Origin: Octopus vulgaris
Taxonomy: Eukaryota
Reading direction: 5' to 3'
DNA length: 64,000 nucleotides
Assembly (NCBI GenBank): GCA_951406725.2
Contig: OX597822.1
Location: 51,770,001 to 51,834,000 of the forward strand
The notes under the pieces are model-generated. The model ran no database searches and was not told the DNA's origin. It saw only the letters and a list, made by a program, of their open reading frames with translations. A program made the position numbers and the translations under genes. Of the stretch, positions 52,326 through 64,000 are shown in pieces. Position 1 is the first letter of the stretch. Every line of letters starts with the position of its first letter.

Positions 52326-54831
52326 AGATTAATGCAATCATTTTATATTTATCGATGACGAATAATATGTCTTAGATGGCTAGTGGTGGAGGAATAAATA
52401 ATTTCAGAGCTTGATGAAGGAATAAAGTTTGGAGGGCTTCGAAACATATCGGGAGTTATATAGCAAGTTGTCACTCAAGAACATAGTCAGTAAATCTTAG
52501 CTATTTCTCATTAATCAGTGCACAACGATCCATCAAGTTTTCAGTGCAACGGATTAGTTCTATATCAATTGAATAACAGAAAAAAATGTAATTTATATAT
52601 TTGTGCGTATGTGCATATTTTTGTATGTGTAGTATGTGTACTCACACACGTATATACATATATATGTACACATCCATCCATTCATTCATACATATATACA
52701 TACGTGTGTGTATGAGTGCGTGTGTGTATGTGTATTTACGTACATTCATACTTCTTTATACTATATAAACCACCTCCACCACTCAGCTACCACCACCACC
52801 ACTACCGCCATCAAACACGGTCTGAGGATAAAATACGAATCGTAGTTTCTACCTGTATCTTCTAAACCATAGCAGAGGCTCAGTAAAATGTAATGGTCAC
52901 TCCTTAGAGACTGCCAAACATGTCTCATTTTCAACATTATATGTGGAATAAAGACAATCCGTTTCTTTTTTATTTAGTACAAGTCCATCAAGGCTTTTGA
53001 TACATAAATATACGAAATTTTATTCACATTATTAGGCAACTGACAAACTAAATACAATTATAACTTATTTTGAAATTAAGCTAACTTCACGTGATGGACT
53101 TATTCGAAATTGTTTTCCGTTCGTCATTGCTTTTTGATTTTTTAGACGAGAGAAAATGTCTCTAGTCTTAGGGAAATATGAAATTATGAATTTGTTTTTG
53201 TTTTACATTTTAGTTCGCAGTTTGGTTGTGATTCATGTAAAATATTCCAAAGAGAGATTCGAAAAAAGTTTTGCAGAATGATTTAGGTGGGAATCTGGTT
53301 ATAGTATACGGCAATTATTTAATGATTTTCAGTATACTACGCTTTAATATTGGACTAATGGCGTTTACAAACTTACAATTTATACAACATGTATTCTCTT
53401 CCAGAAAAAAAGAAAAGCTGTTAATGGTTTCATTGCAGATTGAATATTTTCTGAATATCATTGGCAATAAATAGATTTCGAATTACATGTTGATTTTACA
53501 GAGTTACCTTTTCATATTTTATACTGCTTTTTATGGCACATAAATATATGTGTTCGTTATATTGCTATGCTGGTTATGTTAAACTGTAATCTTTATTGAC
53601 CCGCTGACAAAGTTTCCGACTAAAGAAGGAAGAAATATGAATAAATAACGCATTGAAGAGATAGATTAAATGTATTTTGGTTTATATGTAAATATCAGAT
53701 AAATTGAACGGACACATGTTAGAAGATAGCAAATAGGAAATGCAAGATTGCAGCTCGCTTCTGGATATGTAAAGTAATTGCTTAGGCATATCATAAACAA
53801 ACGTAAAGTAGTAATTTAGAAATATATTCACCCCTCCCCTATAAGGCTATTGAAATTGTCTCAATTGATAGCAATACCTTTAAGCATGAAGTAATTGATG
53901 GTTTGCTAATATTTGAATTTATGAAGGAAGTGATGTGGCCGTATAAGTGTATCTCATGTATAGAAGTTTTTTATAGCAAACGTAAAACAGTAGTAAAGCA
54001 GTTGTGTTTTGAAATGTATTAATAACATATGGGAACAGAAATGATGTGTATAATATATAGGACATATAAGTCAATCTAGTGAAGCCCCAACTTTTCGATA
54101 AAGGCTGAAGGCCATCTAACACTGTTTCATATATTGATAAACAAAATAGCTTAACATATTACGGACAAACAAATATATAGTTAATATTTAAAATATTGAA
54201 ATTTTATAAATAATCACTATTTGATCGAAGTATCTGATACAGCTCAAATATTGTCAGATTGTTGCAAGTGAATATTTAAATTTTACACAAAGTCTGTTAA
54301 AACAAGGACGTATAAAATATAAGTCTGGAAGTAACTGCATGATGTCGATGTTTCCTGAGGTACTAAAGTAATAAAAACTGTTTAAGATTCTACTAAACAA
54401 TCTAGGAACTTTTGTCTTGTCACTCAGTGTCTCCACAGCATGAATACCGGCTGCTTTGAAATTCCTAGTTTTACAAAAATATATACATTTAGTATAAGAA
54501 ATCTATATACTGCAGAGATAAACAACAATATTATAACTGAATATATCACTCGCTTTGGATCATTATAAAACAATTCGTGTAGTTGAGACAACTTGAATAA
54601 TATCTTGGAGCTGTGGAAAAAATAAAAAGGAAAGTCTCTTTATGGTATTGAAAACAAAGAATAAAACAAGATAACAATGGCAATGTTCAAGAGTAGTCAA
54701 CTTTCAGTAAGTGAAATGCAATGTATGATTACCGATACAAATAGATAATTCCAATAGGCTCCTATAATTCCAATAGGCTTTAAGACCGTACTAAATTCTG
54801 GTGCCTCAACATAAGTACCATATTCATCTGA

Positions 54832-54948
<117 letters not shown>

Positions 54949-54960
54949 TGTATATGTTAG

Positions 54961-55170
54961 TATGTCTGTGTTTGTCCTCCCACCATCGCATGACGACCGA
55001 TGTTAGTGTGTTTACATCTCCATATCTTAGCGGTTCGGGAAAATAATTCAATAATAGAATAGGTACTAGGCTTACAAAGAATAAGTCCTGGGTTCGATTT
55101 GTTCGACTAAAGGCGGTGATCCAGCATGACAGCAGTCATATGACTGAAATACGTAAAAGAATAAAAGAAT
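54961..55170 (+). mobile_element. SINE family A tail after (TCTA)n(TA)n
   Basis: Matches 11075-11270. Confidence 0.88.
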
Positions 55171-55199
55171 AGATAGTATAAAGAAATATACAATGAGCA

Positions 55200-57230
55200 A
55201 GGATGTCCAGAGGTAAAGCATAATGACTCTTCCGCCAAAGGAAAATTAAGTAGCAGATTGGTTTATTGACAGTAACTTGCAAATTACTCATCTTCTTCAT
55301 GTAAAGCAACAACCAAGTCAAAAGAAAGTCTGATAATCCTAACCAAGAGATGAAATATGAATCTATTCTACTATAAATTCAGAGTAATCTCTAAAAAGTA
55401 AAAGATACGTGCCAGATACAGTAGACCGCAAAGCTACATAGGACTTCTTTTCTTTTGTTAAAGAGGATTTTGTCCCTAGATCAGCATCTATTGCTCAATG
55501 GAGATTTGTTGATGGCCAACTGGTTTTCACTGATGTCAGGTCCTTAAAATGGGTACAATACTATTCCGCTCTTCTCAATAGACGAACAAAATGTAGATAT
55601 GAGAATAATTGAGGAAATGGTAAATCTTGTTATTAAAGAAATGTCTGCTGACGAACGCAAGATCATATTGCAGCAGCTGAAATAAGGCTCATTGATAACA
55701 AAGCACCGTGTATTGATGGTATTAGCTCGGAATATTTGATTTTAAAACTACTTCATTTCCTACCTTATACCACTGAACGACAGGAGGAAAGAGAATGAGC
55801 CTCAACACTTGGTTGTTATTCTCATTTCTCCATATGAGATATGAATGCCCATGTTAAATTTGGTGAAAACCTGTTGGAAATATTACCGGTTGAAAATGGT
55901 GTTAATCAAGGTTATCTCTGGTATTCTTTTCCACATATTTTGCATTTACGCTTTCAAATGCATCTGTAACGTCAAAAGTTGGCCTCTATATACAATAACA
56001 CTCTTCGGTTAATGTGTTCAATCTGAAAAGATAAAACTTTAAATGCAAGACTGGGCCATTATGCTCATTTCTCCATATGCTCATTTCTGGAACGAGATCT
56101 TTTATACAGGGAAACTGTGAGCGAGTAAATCACAATCGGCACGCCTCAATGAACCTAATTCGCGCATTTGATTCCTCATGTGACATTGGGTCTCACAATC
56201 AATTTTGAAAAACAAAACTGTTGTAATGCATCAACCTACTCTTGCGGAAAAATGCAACAGTGCTTAAAGTGGTGACTTTTATTGAATACATAGGCAGCAT
56301 GGTGCATGATGGACACTTAGACACAGAAATCACTTCTCATTTGCAAACGCAGCAAAAGCTTTATGCAGCCTAGAATCTAAAGTCTGGTCACAGCGCCATA
56401 TCAAGGTTAACACTAAGATAATGACCTTTTCTCTCATCTGTTCATTCGTTACTTGTTTTATTATTCTGCAAGAATTACACGTTACATGTAAAAATATGGG
56501 AAATATATCACCGGAAATGCCAGTATGCAATCATTCCTAACACTGAATGTCTTACTGGAGCTAGTGTCACACCAATTCAAGCCATGCTTATTAGGAATCA
56601 ACCACGATGAAAAGGCCATATTATCCATGTGAATGTTGAGCGTATCGTCAGATAATTGCTTTATGGTGAGCTTATAGTAGGAAAGAGAAAATAGTAAGAT
56701 GCAGAAAAGACACAAAGGTTCTTTAAAACCTTTAAATTAAAGTTTAGATTAAATTAAATTAAAGTTTAAAAAGTGTTCAATCATTTTCAGCAAACAGGAA
56801 AGCGAGGAAAAGGACGATTTGGAACAGTACTAAAGATTTCGAGCTGGGCAGAGTTAATCACGGTGAAATGAAAACATAATTTCGTAGAAATGAGATTAAT
56901 ATCTATACTGTTGTGACTGTTTCTCACTCCTGCACTAAATGGTCCTGGTGCACAAAGCTATGCATTTCTCACGTTGGCATAATATCTCACCAGAGTACCC
57001 ATGGAGTTAAGGCACACATAAACTATAGAAATTTCATTCCGGATGACCAATTTCAATGCCATGACTGTCAAAATGTCTTCAAGTCACATGGAGGATTGAA
57101 GCGACATTTGAATATCCATAATATTTGAATAATTATAATAAAACAGCCGAAAATTGATACAAAGTTGATATTAAACATTGTGGCAGTGTATGTGATCAGG
57201 GCTCAAAAGTCATTTAGCATTTCACGTTAG
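55200..57230 (+). mobile_element. long decayed RTE-clade LINE with C-terminal C2H2 zinc fingers
   Basis: Ordered motifs KWVQYYSALLNR, NKAPCIDGISSE, PVENGVNQG, LTINFEK, YIGSMV..GHLDTEI, KVWSQRHIKVNTKI, then CTKLCISHVGIISHQSTH and FQCHDCQNVFKSHGGLKRHLNIH. Confidence 0.82.
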
Positions 57231-57319
57231 GGAAAGCAATTATAGTTACAATTGCTGTGTCGATGGAGAGTCTTTACGCCAATATTATTATCTGTTGTCC
57301 ATCTGATAATAATGTCCAT

Positions 57320-57758
57320 ACATTCGACTAAATGCTGTCTTCCAGCATGGCCGGAGTCATCTGACTGAAACCAATAAAAGACTAAGAGAATAAATGAATA
57401 TATATTTATGAAGTTTGAAAACATCTATCAAATTAATATATAAGGAAAATGCTGTGGTAACGCTTCTCACTCGTTTTAACTTCATAAGCCTAGTATTTAT
57501 GTTATCGGTTTTTTGCCGAACCGTTAAGTTACGGAGATGTAAACAGACTAAACAGGGGTTGTCATGCGATGCTGGGGGAGACAAATACTGACACAAATAT
57601 ATATACTCATTCAGTTTTCATCTAGCAAATCCACTCACAAGGCTTTCGGTGGATCCAAGATGATAAGAGAAGACGCTTGCCGAATGCCACTCATTGGGAT
57701 GGACGCCGGAACCATGTAGTTAGGAAGCAAGCATCTTACCACACAGACATGCCTGCGC
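57320..57758 (-). mobile_element. SINE family A, decayed full length
   Basis: Reverse complement of tail (57320-57595) and head (57609-57758). Confidence 0.75.
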
Positions 57759-57815
57759 GTATATATATGTATATACATGTATGCATACATATGTATATAT
57801 ATATATGTGTATATA

Positions 57816-57926
<111 letters not shown>

Positions 57927-57944
57927 ATTTCGGAATGGTCATTT

Positions 57945-58605
57945 TGCCAGTTTAACCAATAAAAACACATGAACTATATATTTGGTGTTATTTTGCTTCA
58001 GTGTTATATATTTTTTTACATTAATTTTAATCTTATTTCGACCAGAGTTCTTTCGTCACCCTCCTGTGACCGCATCAGTGGTCCTTTGTTTTCTTCTTTC
58101 TTTTTAGTGTCTGTCTTTACTAACCGTCAGCCATTTTGTATTTCTATTGTATGTCTTCAATTGCACATGCTTATATCTCTATGTGCGTCTATGTTGATTT
58201 AAAGTGTGTTTGTGGGGGGATGCCTGTAATATTTGTATCTTCTGTTTATATACGTTCATGTAATTTGCTGTTGTTGTTGTTTTGTTTATTCTTATTTTGT
58301 TCATGTGTTTACATCCACTTATTATTATTATCATTACATATGCTTGTATGTATGTATGTATAACAACAATACTAATACTACTACTAATAATAATAATAAA
58401 TCAATAAAATTATTTTAAATTAAACAAAAAAAAACTTATATAGTTATTTATTTCTATTTGTTTATTTATCTGTGTATTATATTTATTATGTTTTCGATTT
58501 TCTTTATATTGTAACCAGTTTATTGGGATCCCCTACCGTCATATGTTGTGGTGTGTGCTAGTGTTCCATTTCAGTTTCCTATTCACGCTAGGTTTATCTT
58601 CTATA
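57945..58605 (-). mobile_element. PLE terminal repeat/3' UTR, same family as 33182-33720
   Basis: Colinear with 33182-33716 from CAGTTTAACCAATAAAAACAC to GCTAGGTTTATCTTCT. Confidence 0.85.
58040..58083 (-). ncRNA. hammerhead motif (core CTGATGC)
   Basis: Minus strand GACCA-CTGATGC-G-GTCAC AGGAGG GTGAC-GAAA-GAAC-TC-TGGTC. Perfect 5-bp stems I and II. Confidence 0.68.
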
Positions 58606-58668
58606 ATTATATATGTATATATATATATATACATATATAAATATATACATATAAATAATATATATATA

Positions 58669-58729
<61 letters not shown>

Positions 58730-58760
58730 ATAATATATATATATATATGCATATATATAT

Positions 58761-58791
<31 letters not shown>

Positions 58792-59192
58792 CACACACAA
58801 AGTATAGTAACCAGAGGAATAACAGAAGTGAAGACATTACTTTATTCGAAATTGTTATAGATATTGAATAACAGCTCTACAAGTTGTTTCCAAGCCTAAT
58901 TAAATCAAAACAAAACGAAATATAATCCTTTTGAAATCAGAAATTACACTTTTCCTCAGGAATTCATTATTGAAATGATAAGTAAATACTATAAGATTTT
59001 AAATCCGATCTTAAGGTTGATTTTCACGGAATTAATCTCAGATTATTTTTCTATTAAAATTATCTGTGTTCTATCATCGTGTTAGCTAAGTTAATATTAG
59101 CGAGATCGATTCCGTGGATGCTAGTGTTATGGATTTTACTAGTAGCCAGGGTGGTAGTGATGGTATTGATTCAAATTTAATTTTTAATAATA

Positions 59193-59675
59193 ATGCGTGA
59201 CGATAGATTTTTGCTTAATAATAATTCAGTTGTTAAAGGCGCGAGCTGGGGTAGAAATTCTCTTTGTGATTGTAGAAACAAAGATAAATATTTATTTAGA
59301 AATGTTTGTAAACGTAAAGAAGTAGTTTATCAAGCTAAAGTCATTTCTGATCACTATTATATTGTTTATTCTGCTAATTATATTAAGAAAAGAGTTTTGA
59401 ATCATTACCATTCATTTAAGAACAGAAATAGGGCTTCTCCTACCAGTCTTTGCAATTTTATCTGGAACCTTAAGGATCATAATAAAATGTTGTTTATTGA
59501 ACTGGACGTTTTAGGGAAAACTCCGGCCTATAAAACCGGTAATAAATTCTGTCCTCATAGTTCTGAAGAATTGTTTTTTATTTTATTTTCTCGAAAAAAG
59601 CTATTAAATTCAAAATCGGAAAGAGGATTTTTTTGAGTGTTCATAAGAATAAATGTGTGTTTAAAATTTTATAAA
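59193..59675 (+). mobile_element. Naiad-type PLE GIY-YIG endonuclease fragment
   Basis: CDCRNKDK...VCKRKEVVYQAKV...YYIV.SAN.IKKRVLNHYHSFKN...PTSLCNFIWNLKD...AYKTGNKFC...EE...ILFS.KKLLNSKSE. Confidence 0.88.
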
Positions 59676-60031
59676 GTTGGTCTTTTGGGGATGTTTTATT
59701 TTATTTGAATTGATCAACAGGTTATTGTGATTTTGATAAGTACAGTTTCACCCTTTGTATTTATTAGTTAAATAGGTTCTTCTCTCATTTGTTTTTGATT
59801 TCTACGTTGCCGTTATTTTATGCAGGTTTTTTTAAACTCAATTTCTTCTAGTGTTATTTTTTTCCCTTTAGATATATTCATTTTAGTTTAATAATTTAAG
59901 ATAAGTATTCATTAGATAATCTGTTTTTAATTTATTTCTTAATTGTATGATTTGGGTACTTTATAGCTTAATTTTTGTTAGAAATTTTTCTAAAACATGT
60001 TTTATATATATGTTTATACATACACACACAC

Positions 60032-60072
<41 letters not shown>

Positions 60073-60102
60073 CAAAATAAGCAGCATGATATCATGACAT
60101 GA

Positions 60103-60177
60103 TGCAGTACGACCGTTTCAAGCGGTTCCATATGCAATCATTACATCAATTTAAAAGCAGGGCTAGCATCAGCTGCA
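60103..60177 (-). ncRNA. hammerhead motif with long stem II (core CTGATGC)
   Basis: Minus strand TGCAG-CTGATGC-(46 nt)-GAAA-CGGTCG-TA-CTGCA. Perfect 5-bp stem I, quasi-palindromic stem III, GUA triplet. Confidence 0.6.
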
Positions 60178-60390
60178 CAAATAAATAAGTAGAATTTTAA
60201 TCAGTCGGACACATTAATATAATTTTACTCAAATAAGTTAACATAGCAAGAAGATGGAAGAAATCCATGTTGCCACTGTTATAGTTAAGTATATAGTACA
60301 CTTCCAAGAAAGGCATGAAGGTTACTGGTGTCATAGCTTGTAGAGGATTGTGGTTCATTTCTAAGTTAGTTGTCCTTTATCAACTACTAA

Positions 60391-60441
<51 letters not shown>

Positions 60442-60479
60442 GATCTATCTATCTATCTATCTATCTATCTATTTATCTA

Positions 60480-60542
<63 letters not shown>

Positions 60543-60694
60543 GTGTATATATATATATATGTATGTGTGTGGATATATATATATATATTTTTATATATTT
60601 CTCAGATTGGTTAAATTTGTATTGGAATGCAATATAAGGAGTTTTTATTTTAATTTTTATTATTATTTTAAAAATTAGTTTTTAATTTGTTTTA

Positions 60695-60997
<303 letters not shown>

Positions 60998-61066
60998 TAA
61001 AAAATATAAATTCGAGATAAAACCACTATTATGCAATTCAAACAATGATAGACATAAAACCATAAC

Positions 61067-61194
<128 letters not shown>

Positions 61195-61814
61195 CTGCTA
61201 TTGTGTAAATATGTCGTAAGTCCAAAACGTTGCTCTTTCAGAAAACGAAAAAATAGGTTCACTGTAGCAAAACCATTGTACTACACATTGAGAATTTTTG
61301 ATATCTTGTCATCTAATGCCGCTAGAGATGCTATGGTTTTACCAAAGGAACTGGCTATTTCAAACAAAAATAAATATTGAAATAAAAAACGCATTTGGAC
61401 ATACCACTGTTCAAATAATAGCAACGATATATATTCGAGAGTACGGAAAGTTATAATCTCGTTCATTAAAATGAGGGATGTCGTATAAGTTAGATTTAAT
61501 TACCATATATGCTGCAGCAATTTCGATTATAGTGGACACATAGAATAACATGATTTCTGATTGATAATGGTAGTTAGTTTGATCCGTTGGTTTCGAGTAG
61601 GATACTTCAATATCACGGCAATGATTTAGTTTCATTTAAGTAATTAATCTACTTCAAATAGTCTACGTTAATCGATAATGAAATACAATAAATTGCATTA
61701 TCACACGCCCTCATGAAGCAGAAAACATACTTTCAGTCGCTACGTTAAATAGCTGAATAAGCAAGGTATTCCGAAATGAATTACACATACATTAAATCAT
61801 TACACAATATATAT

Positions 61815-61854
<40 letters not shown>

Positions 61855-61856
61855 AT

Positions 61857-61903
<47 letters not shown>

Positions 61904-62229
61904 CATATATATATAGCCATATACATATATATATATATACACACACACACATATGTATATATGTATGCATTACACCCGCGTGTGTGTAGAGTGGACAGAA
62001 TTTAATGCACTCCTAAGGACAGCGTTTCATTTCTGGTCCCATTTGTATACCTCATATCAATATACATAAGCAGGCACACACACACACACACACATATAAC
62101 CAAACACACGCATACACACATGAATATATATGTGCGATCATATACTTGTATCTACATAAATTACAGGCATATGCATGTATATATGTATGTATGTATATAT
62201 GTATGTATGTATATATATATATATGTATG

Positions 62230-62273
<44 letters not shown>

Positions 62274-63039
62274 TACATGCAAATATATACTGAAGCATAT
62301 GTTTGTAAGTATATTCGCAAACGTATACTAGTATGCTTGAGAAATCTGAATAACGTATCACACAAGATTAAATGTATACATTAATAGGCTAAAATGTGAC
62401 GCATATGAAAAACCTTCTGGCATTTATTCTTCGGTTCGTTTGTGAATTTTGCTGCGGTTCATTGAAAAATATGAATTATTCCATTAAAGTCATCTCTCTG
62501 TTGCATTTATAAATCTACATCGCTAATGTAATTTATTAATTTCATAGCGTACATTTGGCGAGGAATTCAACTCTAGTCCATAATGCATTACCAGCCGACC
62601 AGATTCTACTTAAATTGCGTTTGATATATAGTGGTTCCGTAAAAAGAACACGATGCAAGAAGGTTGTAAAGATATATATCGACTGACATCTTGACCGTGA
62701 ACCTGTCACAGATTAAATCTTTATGCGATGAATAACCATTAACGCTAACCTTCTGCTATGGATGTTAGGCCAAAATCTACAAACAGTAAATTATGCAGGT
62801 TCTAGCACGCTCAGCCATGTGTAGGGTAATGCTTATAGAGACACTCGTCAATGCAATTAATAATTTATTTGTACATCTGTATAACCAATGTCAGCGACAG
62901 TTGAAATAATCTCCTTTTCTATTGTAAATTACTGGAAGCAGATAGTAATGTCATATGCCTTGTCACTTAACTCATTTCAACCTTATATATATATTATATA
63001 TATATATACATAATAGTTCATACTAAAATATCATACATG

Positions 63040-63690
<651 letters not shown>

Positions 63691-63769
63691 AGACACTCAT
63701 ATACACATGTACGTATGCATACGTGCGCATGCATATATGTATGTGTGTATGTATGTATATATATGGATA

Positions 63770-63906
<137 letters not shown>

Positions 63907-63910
63907 CTGC

Positions 63911-63950
<40 letters not shown>

Positions 63951-64000
63951 GGTAACGCTTAAAAAATGTCTTGAAGGATGGAGATCGGAGAGATAGAGAA

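Noticed and set aside
56913-57128. Host C2H2 zinc-finger gene
   Set aside because: There are no TGEKP linkers, and it is colinear with the end of a decayed RTE ORF.

Overview
AT-rich, microsatellite-laden eukaryotic non-coding DNA. The SINE families point to an octopod cephalopod (Octopus); this is an inference from remembered repeat consensus sequences, not a search result. I find no convincing host protein-coding gene, and most ORFs in the track are translated (TA)n/(CA)n/(AAT)n repeats. The window is a nested mosaic of decayed mobile elements: mariner/Tc1 DNA transposons, a non-autonomous Helitron with intact termini, LINE relics (RTE, CR1, Tx1, R4/Dong), several Penelope-like elements (PLEs, including Naiad-type GIY-YIG fragments) and at least four SINE families. 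Two signals are not explained by the ORF track. First, about 11 minimal type-I hammerhead-ribozyme motifs from several families occur, many inside inverted repeats typical of PLE termini, and three of them share a non-canonical CCGAnGA core. Second, a roughly 2.4 kb, 52-bp tandem array carries STAT-, ETS- and NF-kB-like motifs in its unit and joins a CR1 LINE through a microhomology-bearing duplication. All coordinates were read by eye and may be off by a few bases.
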